Shown one piece after another: positions 52,028 through 62,974 of a stretch of DNA of 64,000 nt. Both the position numbers and the translations under genes were made by a program. The notes under the pieces were generated by a model, which was not told the DNA's origin, did not search any database, and worked only from the letters and a program-made list of their open reading frames with translations. This stretch comes from an uncultured Chloroflexia bacterium. Lineage in GTDB: Bacteria; Chloroflexota; Limnocylindria; Limnocylindrales; CSP1-4. The stretch spans positions 397,064-461,063 of the forward strand of contig CAWFJD010000017.1 of the NCBI GenBank assembly GCA_963816135.1. The letters run 5' to 3'. Numbering within the stretch: position 1 is the stretch's first letter; each line of letters starts with the position of its first letter.

Positions 52028-53016
52028 CTACTCCAGGCCGGTCAGTTGCCGCACCGCGGCCGGATCCAGAGGCGGATCGCCGGTGAGCTGGCGGAGCCGG
52101 TTGATCCGATCGACGATCGGCGGATGCGTCGAGAAGAGTGCCGAGCCGCCGCCCAGCTTCTTGAGTGGATTGACGATGTAGAGGTGCTGGGTCGCCCCGT
52201 TGGCCGAGTGCAGCGACTCGTTGTCCGTGGCGAGCTTGGCCAGGGCGCTCTCCAGGCCGTGCGGGTTTCGGGTCAACTCCACGGACGAAGCGTCGGCCAG
52301 GTACTCGCGCTGCCGGCTCACGGCCATCTGGACGAGGGCCGTGAAGATGGGCGCGAGGATGGCCAGGACGACCCCGATCACCAGCATGACGACGGCGAAG
52401 CCGCCACCGCCGCCCCTGTCGTTGTCGCGGTTCGAGCGGCCGCCGCCGAACCAGAACGTGTAGCGCAGGAACAGCTGGGCCAGGAGCGCGATGCTGCCGA
52501 CGAGCACGCCGACGATGAGCGTGAAGCGGATGTCGTAGTTGCGGACGTGCGACATCTCGTGGCCGATGACGCCCTGGAGCTCCTCCCGGTTCATCTTCTG
52601 GAGAAGGCCGGTCGTCACCGCGATCGACGAGTGCTGCGGATCGCGGCCGGTGGCGAAGGCGTTCGGGGACGGGTCGTCGATGACGTAGACCTTGGGCATC
52701 GGAACGCCCGCCGCGATGGCCATCTCGTTGACGACGTTGTACAGGCCCGGGGCCTGCTGGGGCGTGACCTCCTGGGCGTGCGAACTGGCCAGCACCAGCT
52801 GGTCGCCACCGAAGTAGGAGCCCAGCGCGCTGAGGATCCCGAAGGCCACGGCGATCGCGACCGCGCCGATGCCGAAGGCGACCTCGTTGCCGCTGTTCGT
52901 AGCCGATCACGTAGCCGATGATGTAGCCGAAGACGCCCAGGAACGGCGACGACGACGATCGCGAGCAGGAACGAGTTGCGGCGGTTGGCCGACTCTTCGG
53001 AGTAGAAGGTAGTCAC
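52028..53016 (-). pseudogene. htpX: M48 family zinc protease HtpX (at least 2 shifts near the N-terminus)
   Basis: ORF 52028..52849 carries HEMSHV, NAFATG and EYLADASSVELT. The N-terminal TM region (MTTFYSEESANRRNSFLLAIVV..., then LGVFGYIIGYVIGY, then NSGNEVAFGIGAVAIAVAFG) uses three frames. Confidence 0.85.
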
Positions 53017-53080
53017 CGGAATTTGCGCCTCAGGCAGCGGGCTGCGCCGACTGCGCGCAGCCCGATTGTGCCGTTTGCGG

Positions 53081-53644
53081 CTACGAGCCGAGGTTGACGA
53101 CCGGGACCTCGGCGGCCTCCGGCTCGGCCTCGAAGAACTCGCGCTTGGTGAAGCCGAGCGGCCCGGCGATCAGGACGTTCGGGAAGACCTGCAGCGAGTT
53201 GTTGAAGTCCAGGACGGTGGCGTTGTAGTGCTGGCGGGCGAACGAGATCTGGTTCTCGGTCGTGGTCAGCTGCTCCTGCAGCGAGAGGACGTTCTCGTTG
53301 GCCTTGAGCTGCGGGTAGTTCTCGACCACGGCGAAGAGCGAGCGGAGGGCGCCGGTCAGGACGTTCTCGGCCTGGGCCTGGGCGGCCGGACCCTGTGCGC
53401 CGGCGGCGATGGCGCCGGCGCGGGCTTCGGTCACCTGCGTCAGGACGCCCTTCTCGAAGTCCATGTAGCCCTTGACCGCGTTGACCAGGTTCGGGATCAG
53501 GTCGTGGCGGCGCTTGAGCTGGACCTGGATCTGCGAGTTGGCCTCGTCGACGCGGTTGCGCTTCGTGACCAGACCGTTGTAGATGCAGGATCAGGACGAC
53601 GGCGAGTACGACGATGACGCCGACGATGATTAGCGGGACGTCAT
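53081..53644 (-). pseudogene. lemA: LemA family protein (2 shifts in the N-terminal TM region)
   Basis: ATG 53644 follows GGAGGAAGGG. IYNGLVTKRNRVDEANSQIQVQLKRRHDLIPNLVNAVKGYMDFEKGVLTQVTEAR is LemA-like and in frame with ORF 53081..53464. An apparent stop after codon 4 is bypassed by a 1 nt shift. Confidence 0.8.
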
Positions 53645-53840
53645 TTGTCCCTTCCTCCGATCGATGTTGGCCGCAACAGCAGCGTGCGGGTTTTCAGTCT
53701 AGCAGCCGGCTTTGGCGGTAGCGGGCACGCTTCCGGGCGCGTGGCCCGGGCACCTGCCCAGCTACCGATCTGCTAGACCGCGCCGGCAGGCCAAAGGTTC
53801 GGCCGGGGCCGTTCGAGCCCAGCCCGGCTACGATTTGACC

Positions 53841-55054
53841 GTGAAAGCCCTTCGACTCACCTATCTGGCGCTGGGTTCGGCCACGGCGGCGCTCAACCCA
53901 TTCCTGGCGGTCATCCTGTCGGTCGCGGCATGAGTCCCGCCCAGATCGGCGCGGTCTCCGCCGGTCAGCGCGTGCGGCCTCATCGGCGCGATCGCCGTGT
54001 GGGGCCATCTGGGCGATCGCGTCCTGGGCCGGCGGACGACGTCTCGCGATCTGCGCGCTCGTCGCCATCGCCGTCGCCGCGGGATCGCCATGCCCGTTCC
54101 GCCGACTCGTGCTCGGCGGTCTCGTGGTCGCTTTCGGGTGCAGCCAGGGCGTCCTGCTGGCTCTCGCCGACTCCGTCGCGGTCATCTCCTCGACGACCCG
54201 GACCGGCAGTACGGGCGCATCCGGCTGCTGGCGAGCCTCTCGTTCGCAATCACCTCGATCGCCGTGGGATTCGTCTACGACCGGCTGGGCTACGGGGTCG
54301 CCAGCGTCGCGTACATCGTCTTCGCGATCGTGCTGGTTCTCGCGGTGCTCCGGACGTCGAGCGAGGGACGGCCGCGGCGTGGGCGCGAGGCCGGCGGAGC
54401 TCCCGCGGGGATGCCTGCGCAGGTCGCGTTTCGGCTCGACCGGAATGGCCTTCCGGCCCAGCCGCATCTCCTTCCCATCCTCGCGGCGGTCGCGGTGACC
54501 TGGTTCGCGGTCATCGTCAGCTTCACGTTCCTGAGCCTGCGGATCGTGGGCCTCGGCGGCCAGGCGTCGGACGTCGCCCTGTCGTTCGGCGTGTCGGCCT
54601 TCGCCGAGATCCCGGGCATGATGCTGGCGGCCCGGCTGGCCAATCGAATCGGCCTGCGGGGCATGTTCTGCGCCGGCGCGTTCCTGTACGGGCTCGCATT
54701 CCTGTTGTGGGCCGTCCTGCGCTCGCCGGAGGCGATCGTGGCGACGCGGGCGATCACCGGCGTCGCCTACGGCGCCATGACGGTCGGCATGGTCCTGACG
54801 ATCGAGCGAGCTGCTCCCGGCGCACCTGCAGGCCACCGGCCAGGCGCTCTACCAGGGCACCGCGACCGGGATCGCGGCCATCGCAGGCAACGTGGTCGGC
54901 GGCCTTCTCTACGACGCCGCCGGACCGCCCTTCCTGTTCGTCGCTCTGCGCGGCGATGTGCGCGACCGGCGGCCTGATGGCCCTCGCGAGCCTGCCCGGC
55001 CGAGTCCGCGTCCGGTACGCGCCGGACAATCCGAACGAGCGGGAGTCCGCATAA
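53841..55054 (+). pseudogene. MFS transporter (at least 4 shifts)
   Basis: GTG 53841 opens VKALRLTYLALGSATAALNPFLAVIL. TM-rich segments are in ORF 53997..54977 (LLASLSFAITSIAVGFVYD..., FAVIVSFTFLSL..., FAEIPGMMLAARLANRIG). The C-terminus is in the ORF 53930..55054 frame. Confidence 0.65.
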
Positions 55055-55084
55055 GCCGCGGGCACGACTCGCCGGAGGAGGAAT

Positions 55085-55161
55085 GTGGTGGGCGGTGCAG
55101 GATTCGAACCTGCGACATCCTCGGTGTAAACGAGGCGCTCTAACCACTGAGCTAACCGCCC
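55085..55161 (-). tRNA. tRNA-Val (UAC), CCA encoded
   Basis: Acceptor GGGCGGU/ACCGCCC, anticodon stem CCUCG/CGAGG with loop UUUACAC, T arm GCAGG-UUCGAAU-CCUGC. Length is 77 nt. Confidence 0.85.
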
Positions 55162-55288
55162 GCGAGCCAGACTCTAGCGGAATCGGTGGGCCACGAGAAC
55201 CGCCAATCGAACCGACTCTGGCGGATCCGGGGCGCGGCGCAGGTACTGCGCGCTTCGCTCACAGGCTGGTCGTCGCCAGGGAAGGTGG

Positions 55289-55373
55289 TGGTGCCCAGGC
55301 CGGGACTTGAACCCGGATGGATTGCTCCATACGCCCCTCAAACGTACGCGTATACCAATTCCGCCACCTGGGC
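55289..55373 (-). tRNA. tRNA-Leu (GAG), class II, CCA encoded
   Basis: Acceptor GCCCAGG/CCUGGGC, anticodon loop UUGAGGG, a long variable arm, T arm CCGGG-UUCAAGU-CCCGG. Length is 85 nt. Confidence 0.8.
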
Positions 55374-55419
55374 ACGAGAGATTGCGACGGCTCTACGTCG
55401 CTGCGCCGAGTAGGTTACC

Positions 55420-55505
55420 TGGTGCCGAGGAGGGGATTTGAACCCCTACACCCTTGCGGATACTAGCTCCTGAAGCTAGCGCGTCTGCCATTCCGCCACC
55501 TCGGC
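55420..55505 (-). tRNA. tRNA-Leu (CAG), class II, CCA encoded
   Basis: Acceptor GCCGAGG/CCUCGGC, anticodon stem CUAGC/GCUAG with loop UUCAGGA, a long variable arm. Length is 86 nt. Confidence 0.85.
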
Positions 55506-55522
55506 GCACACAACGACCGGTG

Positions 55523-57416
55523 CTACCGGTCGCTGGCGAGGCGCCAGTCTACCACATCCCAATATCGACCTGAGGGATCCGAAATCTGGTTGGAAAGGAG
55601 CTTCTGGACGTGCCCGCTGACCACCAGGTCGTACTCCCGATAGCCCAGCGGCAGGATCGGCACGGTCGTCGAAAGGTACTGTTCGAGAGCCTGCAGGGCG
55701 GCCAGACGATCGGCTGGGTCGACGGTCTTGCGGGCGGCGAGCAGGAGCTGATCCAGCACCGGATCCTGGACGCCCGACACGTTCGACCCGCCGGAACCAA
55801 TCTGCGATGAGAGGAGCAGCGGGCTCAAGTCCGGCTCGAGTCCCACCTGGAAGTCCACGACCGCGGCCGTGAAGTCGCCACTGTCCAGGCGATCGAGGTA
55901 GGTCGTGAGCGGCACCGCGTCGATGGTCACCGACAGACCGATAGCCCGCCAGGAATCGGCCACGAACTTCGCGGTCGAGTACAGGAGCTCGATTGCTCGA
56001 CTGCGTGGGGCTGAGCAGCTCCAGCGAGTAGGCGGTCGAAGGGCTCGCTTCCGGGCGACCACTGCCCGCCTGCCAGGCTCCAACCGGCGTCGCTGAGATA
56101 GGTCGCCGCGTCGGAGGGGCTGTAGGGAATCGCCGTGGCGGCGCCCAGGTCGTACGAGGGCGACCAGGCCGGTATGCGGCAGCTCGGTGGCTGGAGCCCC
56201 GTCCGCCAAGCACGGTCGAAATGAGCTTCTGCCGATCGATCGCGGCGAGCAAGCCGGTCCGGGCGTTGGCGTCGCGCATCTCCTGGTGGTCGGGCCGCTG
56301 GTTGAGGACCACGCCGAGCATGCTCGCCCACTGGTATGGCACGGCCCTGGCCCCCGCGGCCGATGCCGCGTCGGCGGTCTGATCGGGCGGCAGATCCCCC
56401 ACCGCGTCGAGCCTGCCCGCCTTGAAGTCCGCCGCGGCCGCGGCCGGGTCGTCGTAGAAGACCAGCTCCATCGAGCCGATCTGGGTCAGGACCTTGCCGC
56501 GTGAGGTCGATGAACTGCGTCGGGCTCGGACTGGGCGTGGGCGTCGGCGCCGGAGTCGGAGACGGAGTTGGTGCCGCGGTGGGCGGTGTGGTCGCGGACG
56601 GCGGCCGCCGAGCCGCCGGGTTCTGGGCGGGCGTCGGCACCGGGGTGGGCCTGGCGGTCGGAGTTGGGGAGGCGGTCGCCGACGGGCTCAGGCTCGGCTG
56701 TGGGGAGGGTGTCGGGCTGGCGGTCGGGCCGGCCGTCGTGGCGGGTATCACGGAGCTGACCCGCTGCAGGAGGGCGTGGGAGTAGTCGATCTTGAGGATC
56801 CGGAAGGGACCGTCGCCTATCGGCCTGGCGCTGTAGCTCGAATCGGCAATGTCGGTGACAGTCGTGTCTTTCAGCAGGTGCTCGGGCAGGAGTGGCAGGG
56901 TCGCGAGCCGCAGGAAGCCCGCGTTCGCCAGCGACATGCTCATCTGGACCGTGTAGACGCCCGTCGCTGTCGCGTGGACGCCCTGCCACGACGCCCCGGC
57001 CGGGCCCGCATACCGGGAGTCCTGGAGCAGGCCGACCGTGAAGACGACATCGGTCGCGGTTACGTGGAAGCCATCCTCCCAGAAGGCGTCGTCGCGCATC
57101 TGGAACGACGTAGGTGCGGCCGTCGTCCGCGACCGTCCAGCTCTTGGCCAGGTCCGGCAGGAGCGAGCCGTTGGGTCCTTCTCGAACCAGGCCGCGGAAG
57201 AGCAGGGCGACCAGATCCCGGTCGGCCTGCGTGCGGGCCGTGAGCGGGTTGATCGAGCTCGGATGGCCGAGCACGCCCTCCCGATACGGAACCTCGGAAA
57301 GGGCCGGCGTGGGCGACGCAACGGGTTTGGCCGGGAGCGGGCATGAGCAAGGCCGCGCCGATCGCGGCCAGGATCAGCAGCATTCCGCCGATCGCGATGC
57401 GATCTCGGGTCTTCAT
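55523..57416 (-). pseudogene. ABC transporter substrate-binding protein, family 5 (peptide/nickel type; at least 5 shifts), with an internal Pro/Thr/Ser/Ala-rich insert
   Basis: ATG 57416 opens a signal-anchor MKTRDRIAIGGMLLILAAIGAALL. Family-5 blocks (LGHPSSINPLTARTQADRDLVALLFRGL, FWEDGFHVTATDVVFT, DGPFRI, C-terminal ...LPLGYREYDLVVSGHVQ) are scattered over ORFs 56486..57274, 55927..57450, 55476..56471 and 55523..56209. Confidence 0.75.
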
Positions 57417-57734
57417 CGACGCGATCTCGGCGGCCGGGCAGCGTCGACACGGGTTTCGGGACCCGCGCGATGGATCCAGGCTGGGATGCCGTCCGGCTCC
57501 GGGCTGGGCCGCCTCAATGAATTGAGGAAGCTCGCCTCGGAGAAGAAGCAGAACAGGATCGCCGAGGAGGATCGTGAACTGCCAGAGGCGGCGTTCGATG
57601 CCCCGGCGACTTCGATACACGGAAGAGTCGCCACCGAAGGTGGCGGACAGGCCCGATCCTCGCGCCTGCATGAGGATCGAGATCATCAGGAAGATCCCGA
57701 TGATGTCCTGGCCGATGGCGATGGGTGCGTTCAC
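57413..57734 (-). pseudogene. secG: Preprotein translocase subunit SecG (shift near 57600)
   Basis: MNAPIAIGQDIIGIFLMISILMQARGSGLSATFGG...RG.ERRL.QFTILLG is SecG-like. The second TM segment and tail are in the frame of ORF 57413..57634, whose stop overlaps the SBP ATG (ATGA). Confidence 0.7.
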
Positions 57735-57835
57735 GTCGGGGGAAACCTCGTATGGCTGCCGGACAGCGGGCGAATGTTAGCACGTCGGTCCGCCTCGGGC
57801 GGACCGACGTGCGATCCGCGAGCTGGCTCGTGCCG

Positions 57836-59432
57836 TTACTTGTCCGCCAGAAGCGAGTGCCCGACGACCGCCGGCCAGGCGGGCACGCCGCCGAGGTCGA
57901 TGAGCGTGGGAGTGACGTCGGCGAGCCGACCGTCGAGAAGCCGCTTGCCCGTCATGCACCGCCCGATACCGACGAGCGGCACCGGATTGAGCGAGTGTTT
58001 GGTTACGGGGTTGCCCTTCTCGTCCTTCATCTCGTCGGCGTTGCCGTGGTCCGCGGTGACGAACATCACGGCTCCCGGGGCGGAAGGATCGTCGGCATCG
58101 ACCGCGAGGACCGCCTCGGCGACGCGACCGAGGGCCGCGTCAACGGTTTCGCAGGCGGTGACCGTGGCGTCCCAGACGCCCGTGTGGCCGACCATGTCCG
58201 GGTTGGCGAAGTTGGCGACGATCAGGTCGTACTTGCCGCCGTTGATCGCCTCCACGAGCGCGTCGCAGACACCGGCTGCCGCCATCGTGGGCTGGAGGTC
58301 GTACGTGGCGACGGTCTTGATGCTCGGCACGAGCTTGCGGTCCTCGCCCGGCCACGGCTCCTCGCGACCGCCGTTGAAGAAGTAGGTGACGTGGGCGTAC
58401 TTCTCCGTCTCGGCGACGTGGAACTGCGTCCAGCCGGCCTTGCTGACCGCTTCGGCGAGGGACGGGACCACTTCCGGACCGAAGACGACCTTGACCGGCA
58501 GATCGCCCTCGTACTCGGTCATCGTGGCGTAGAGGATGCCTTCGGGCATCGGCGCCGTGGCATTTCGGTCGAAGCCCGCGAAATCGGCGTCGGCGAGCGC
58601 GTGGCTGAGCTGGCGGGCGCGATCGGCGCGGAAGTTGCAGTGGAGAACGGCGTCGCCGTCGGCGATGGACCCGTGGTCCACGCCGTCGATGACGGTGGGC
58701 ACGATGAACTCGTCGTTCTCGCCCCGAGCGTAGCCCTGCTCCACGGCCGCCGTCGCGGACGGGGCGTGGAAGTCGGCCGACGGCGTGGACGATGGCTTCG
58801 TAGCCCTTGCCGGTCCGCTCCCAGCGCTTGTCGCGGTCCATGGCGTAGTAGCGGCCGCCGATCGTGGCGAATCTTGGCATCCGGGTGGGCGGCCGCCAGG
58901 CGCTTCTCGAGGTCCGGCACGAAATCGATCGCGGAGCGCGGCGGCGTGTCCCGGCCGTCGAGGAGACCGTGGACGCGAACTCGCTTGACTCCCTGATCCG
59001 CGGCCATCTTGGCCACGGCCACGAGGTGCCGGTCGTTGGCGTGGACGCCGCCGGGACCGACCAGGCTGATCAGATGGAGGGTGCGATCGTCCTCCTTGGC
59101 TCGTGGCGCAGAGCTCGAGCAAGAACGGGCCGCTCGAAGAAGCTCCCGGTTTCGATCGCCTTGTCGATGCGAGGCAGATCCTGGAGAACCGGCTGGCCGG
59201 TGCCCAGGTTGAGGTGTCCAACCTCGGAGTTGCCCATCTGCCCGTCCGGCAGACCGACGAAGCCTTCGGAGGCTTCGAGCGAGCTGTGGGGCCAGCGCTC
59301 GAGCATCTCGAGGTAGTTGGGCATTCGAGCCTGGGCGATGGCGTCCACCGAGGGGATATGGCCGATGCCGAACCCGTCGAGTACCACCAGCACGATCGGC
59401 CGGGGGCGCCCGGCGGAAGGCACGGAGCTCAT
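57836..59432 (-). pseudogene. gpmI: 2,3-bisphosphoglycerate-independent phosphoglycerate mutase (at least 3 shifts)
   Basis: The N-terminus is in ORF 59070..59432 (PIVLVVLDGFGIG...GQMGNSEVGHLNLGTG). The middle pieces are in ORFs 58519..59022 and 58140..58880. The C-terminal half is in ORF 57836..59221 (ETEKYAHVTYFFNGG...NFANPDMVGHTG...VTADHGNAD). Confidence 0.9.
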
Positions 59433-60230
59433 TCGCCTTTTCCCGCGGCGGCGGCGCGAGCGGTCGCGGTCACGGCGGCGCGAGCCACCATGCCGGCCAT
59501 CTCGTCGGGCTTGAGGGAAGCGCCGCCGACGAGACCGCCGTCGATCGAGTGCTCGTTGAGGAACTCGCCGATGTTGGCCGCCGTGACGGAGCCGCCGTAC
59601 AGGACGGGAACCTGCTCCGCGGCGCTGTTCCAGCCGAGATCCGCGGCGAGGCAGGAACGGATGGCTTCGGCCATGGCCGCGGCGTCGGCGGCGGATGAGG
59701 TCCGGCCGGTGCCGATCGCCCAGACTGGCTCGTACGCGATCACGAAGCCACCGGCGAGGAGCGACTCAATGTCTTTGCCCGCGAGGGCGCCCTTGAGCTG
59801 GGTGCTGACGACTTCGATGGCTCGACCGGCTTCGCGCTCCTCGAGCAGCTCGCCGACGCAAAGGATCGGGCCGGAGGCCGGCGGACAGGGCGCGGGCCAG
59901 CTTCTTGCCGATGAGCTCGTCGGATTCCTTCTGATCGCGGCGGCGCTCGGAGTGGCCGATGATGACCCAGGTCGCCAGGCCGCTGAGCATCGCGGCGGAG
60001 ATCTCGCCGGTATACGCCCCGCCCTGCTCGTGGTGAACGTTCTGTGCCCCGACGAAGACGTTCTTGCCGGCGAGGGCGTCCTTGACGGCGGCCAGGCAGA
60101 CGTATGGCGGGCAAATGACTCGCGTGACGCCCGGCTCCTCCGTTCGGGCGGCGATGGTCGCGGCAAGCTGTCCGGCGTCCGCGGGGGTGGTGTTCATCTT
60201 CCAGTTGGCAGCGATAATCACAGGTCTCAT
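59429..60230 (-). pseudogene. tpiA: Triosephosphate isomerase (shift near 59880)
   Basis: Begins at ATG 60230: MRPVIIAANWKMN...GAYTGEISAAMLSGLATWVIIGHSERR (ORF 59766..60449). The rest is ILCVGE...IAYEPVWAIGTG...VLYGGSV (ORF 59429..60166). Its stop overlaps the gpmI ATG. Confidence 0.9.
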
Positions 60231-60363
60231 AGCCGGGAATTCTGACAGAGTGAGCAGGCGGCCCGCGCGGGACAGTCGGCCCCTCGTGGCACGCCAATTC
60301 GGCCGCCGGCGAGTGTCAGTCGGACCCGAACCTGATTGACGGGAATGAGGTCCAATAGAAAAG

Positions 60364-60765
60364 ATGCAACGAGGAGGGCGCGAGTTGGACGACATCGATT
60401 GGTCGAACGATCCGGGCGATACGGATGGGACCGAAGATCCGGCGACCATCGGGCATATCGAAGCTCAGCGTATGTCCGTCGGCGAGGCGTATAGATCGCT
60501 CCAGTTCTTCCCCGATTTCGTCGTTCTCTGGCAGATCCGGCGTCGATGGACGGCGGTGATTCTGGCGGCGCTGTACGCGGGCCTCCTGGGCTCGGCCGCG
60601 ATCGCCGCGTTCGTCCAGAGTGCGCTGGCGATCGGAGCGGTGGTCGTCCTGTTCCTTGTCGCCGTTGCCGCGTCCTTGTACGTCCTCTTCGCCCTCGAGA
60701 ACTGGGTCATCGAGTTCAACGAGACCGTGGACGATGAGCTCCGGCGGGTGATGGGCCGTCGCTGA
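60364..60765 (+). CDS. Hypothetical membrane protein
   Basis: Intact 133 aa ORF with two hydrophobic helices (AVILAALYAGLLGSAAIAAFV, AIGAVVVLFLVAVAASLYVLFAL). I recognise no family, and the start is uncertain. Confidence 0.4.
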   Translation: MQRGGRELDDIDWSNDPGDTDGTEDPATIGHIEAQRMSVGEAYRSLQFFPDFVVLWQIRRRWTAVILAALYAGLLGSAAIAAFVQSALAIGAVVVLFLVAVAASLYVLFALENWVIEFNETVDDELRRVMGRR

Positions 60766-60822
60766 CCTCTTTCCTCGTGCGAACTTCGTGTAAACGCGGC
60801 CGGCTTCTGGTGCGTCTTTGGA

Positions 60823-61353
60823 GTGGCGGCCGATGATTCGACACGGAGCGACGGACTCTTGACCGATCCTGCGAACGCGGATGGTTTCGAAGCCTTCTAC
60901 CGCGGCGCGATCGATTCGGTCTATCGAGCCGTGCTGCTGGCCACTCGCCATCCGGAGCGCGCGGAGGATTCTGTGCACGAGGCGTTCGCTCGGGCGCTCG
61001 AACGGTGGGACCGGGTCTCCGAGCACGAGAACCCGAAAGCCTGGGTCATTCGCGTGGCACTCAACCACAACCGCTCGGGCTGGCGGGTCTGGCAGCGCGA
61101 AGCCCCCGAACCGCCGGAGATCGCGGTCGAGGATGAGCTGCCGATCGACCCCTGGCTTCTCCGCACCGTCTGGCGGCTGCCGAAGCGGCAGCGCCAGGTC
61201 GTGGCCCTTCGAATTCTGCTCGACCTGAGCGCCGAACAGACGGCCGAGACGCTCGGCATCACGGTCGGCGCCGTCGGCGCCCATCTCCATCGAGCACTCG
61301 GAACGCTTCGCACCATGCTGGGTGCGTCGGCGTTCGCGGAGGTGACCGAATGA
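60823..61353 (+). CDS. ECF-type sigma-70 family RNA polymerase sigma factor
   Basis: Intact 176 aa ORF. It has a region 2-like block (FEAFYRGAIDSVYRAVLLATRHPERAEDSVHEAFARAL...NPKAWVIRVALN) and a region 4 HTH (LPKRQRQVVALRILLDLSAEQTAETLGITVGAVGAHLHRA). Confidence 0.8.
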   Translation: MAADDSTRSDGLLTDPANADGFEAFYRGAIDSVYRAVLLATRHPERAEDSVHEAFARALERWDRVSEHENPKAWVIRVALNHNRSGWRVWQREAPEPPEIAVEDELPIDPWLLRTVWRLPKRQRQVVALRILLDLSAEQTAETLGITVGAVGAHLHRALGTLRTMLGASAFAEVTE

Positions 61354-62108
61354 ACGACGAACAGCTCGCGGCCGACATCAAGCGCGTCTTCGGCCGCTAC
61401 CGGATGGAGGCCGCGCCGGTCGAGGCGCCCCTCGCACTTGCCCCTACCCATCCCCCGCTCCACCGACGGCGGGTTCTGGGCGGGCTCTCGTTCGCCGGCG
61501 TCGCGGCCGCGGTGGTCCTGGCGTTCGCGCTCACTTTCGGCCTGGCACCGGGCGGTAACCCGCCCAGGTCCGCCTACGCCGGCTGGCAACCGATCCCGAC
61601 GAAGAACGACCCGGCTATGCGGGCCGTGGCCGATGCCAGCTGCCTGCCTATCCTCGGCAAGCAGACGGTCCTGCATCTGACGCTGCAGGACCAGCGCGGC
61701 GCGGTCGCCCTCTTCTTCTATCGAGGTCAGGGCGACTACTGGGCATGCTTCCTGACGCCGAACGGGCACGGCGGATACGACCCGAGCGTCACCGGGATCA
61801 GCGGCGCGACTGCCCCGTATATCGGCGTCGATCATTTCGGCTTCACCGGCGGCGGCACCAATGGCATCGCGCCGGCCGTCGCGGTAATGGGCGAGACTGA
61901 CGCCGGCAAGGTCGTGATCGAGCGCCAGGATGGCGTGAACGTCGAGGCGACTGTGAGCGACGGCTTCTTCGTGGCCTGGTGGCCTGGCTCGGCGGGCTTC
62001 AAGAATCTGATCGCCTACGACGCCAGCGGGTCCGAGATCGGCGAGCGGTCCTTCGCGACTCCCTGCATCTGCCGGGTCGAGCCATCGGCCCCGAATGCCG
62101 GCAATTAG
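61350..62108 (+). CDS. Single-pass membrane protein co-transcribed with the ECF sigma (possible anti-sigma factor)
   Basis: Its ATG overlaps the sigma stop (ATGA). It has one TM helix (LGGLSFAGVAAAVVLAFALTFGL) and an extracytoplasmic domain of about 180 aa. No recognisable zinc anti-sigma motif is present, so the role is inferred from context only. Confidence 0.4.
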   Translation: MNDEQLAADIKRVFGRYRMEAAPVEAPLALAPTHPPLHRRRVLGGLSFAGVAAAVVLAFALTFGLAPGGNPPRSAYAGWQPIPTKNDPAMRAVADASCLPILGKQTVLHLTLQDQRGAVALFFYRGQGDYWACFLTPNGHGGYDPSVTGISGATAPYIGVDHFGFTGGGTNGIAPAVAVMGETDAGKVVIERQDGVNVEATVSDGFFVAWWPGSAGFKNLIAYDASGSEIGERSFATPCICRVEPSAPNAGN

Positions 62109-62941
62109 GCCCGCGAGCCGCCGCGCCGGCCAACGCCCTCGTCGGGGTGGAGGGCCAGGCGTTCCATTCGGTCCAGGGCCCGTTGGACGGCCGAGCGGTG
62201 CAGTTCCAGCCGCTCCGCGAGTTCGGTCAGCGTGGCTTCGGGGATATCGCGGCGCGCGTCCGCGACGAGACGAACCACGTACGGCTGCTCGCCCAGGCGG
62301 CCGTCCGCCTCGAGGGCAGCGATCGCCTCCAGTTGCCGCGCCGCGGCCCCAACCGCACGCTGGAGATTGGCCAATTCGGCGTTGATCACCCGGTTCAGAT
62401 CGCCGCGTACCGAACGCGAAACCTGGCGCGACTCCAGCTCCAACAGCGACGCGCCGCCGCCGAGTGTCTTGAGGAACGTGACGACGGTCTCGACGCTCTT
62501 CCACGTCACGACGCCCCGCCCGCGGCGCACCCGCCAGGCCGCCGGCATCTCCATCTCGCCGAAGCGCACGCACAAGGCACGTGCTTCTTCGATCGGCACC
62601 ACGAATTCAAGGTGCGTGCGGCCGGAGGCAAGGCTCAGCGATCCGTGGGCCAGGAAGCGACCGCGCAAGTACGCCACGCGGCAATGCTCGGCGGCCTTGT
62701 CCCAATCGAACTCGGGGGCTGGAGCGGCGACCGCGGGGTCGGCAGCCACAGTCCCCTCCCCCGGTCGCTCCGCGTGCGGCCCGCCGAGCCGGAGGCCTAG
62801 CCTGATCGTCTTTCGCCGTCGGGCTTCGGATGCGCCGGCCAGGCCGGCAAGTTCGGCGACCCGGCAGCATCGCCTCGGCGGGACGATGACCGCGAGCTCG
62901 GCACGCAGGGAATCGACGAGGTCGCGCTCCGCGGTCGTCAC
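62105..62941 (-). CDS. whiA: Sporulation/cell-division regulator WhiA
   Basis: Intact 278 aa ORF. It has degenerate LAGLIDADG-like regions (YLRGRFLAHGSLS) and the C-terminal HTH (LTELAERLELHRSAVQRALDRME). It is adjacent to yvcK, as is typical. Confidence 0.8.
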   Translation of the reverse strand: MTTAERDLVDSLRAELAVIVPPRRCCRVAELAGLAGASEARRRKTIRLGLRLGGPHAERPGEGTVAADPAVAAPAPEFDWDKAAEHCRVAYLRGRFLAHGSLSLASGRTHLEFVVPIEEARALCVRFGEMEMPAAWRVRRGRGVVTWKSVETVVTFLKTLGGGASLLELESRQVSRSVRGDLNRVINAELANLQRAVGAAARQLEAIAALEADGRLGEQPYVVRLVADARRDIPEATLTELAERLELHRSAVQRALDRMERLALHPDEGVGRRGGSRA

Positions 62942-62974
62942 CGGCCGGACCCCACGATCACTCCGGCGACTCCG

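Noticed and set aside
49343-55505. tRNA clusters as integration hotspots or a genomic island
   Set aside because: I found no integrase, transposase or phage genes, and no direct repeat of a tRNA 3' end. The genes between the clusters (HD-GYP, PilZ, htpX, lemA, MFS) are ordinary chromosomal functions. Only a local dip in GC around flp and the HD-GYP/PilZ promoter region was noted.
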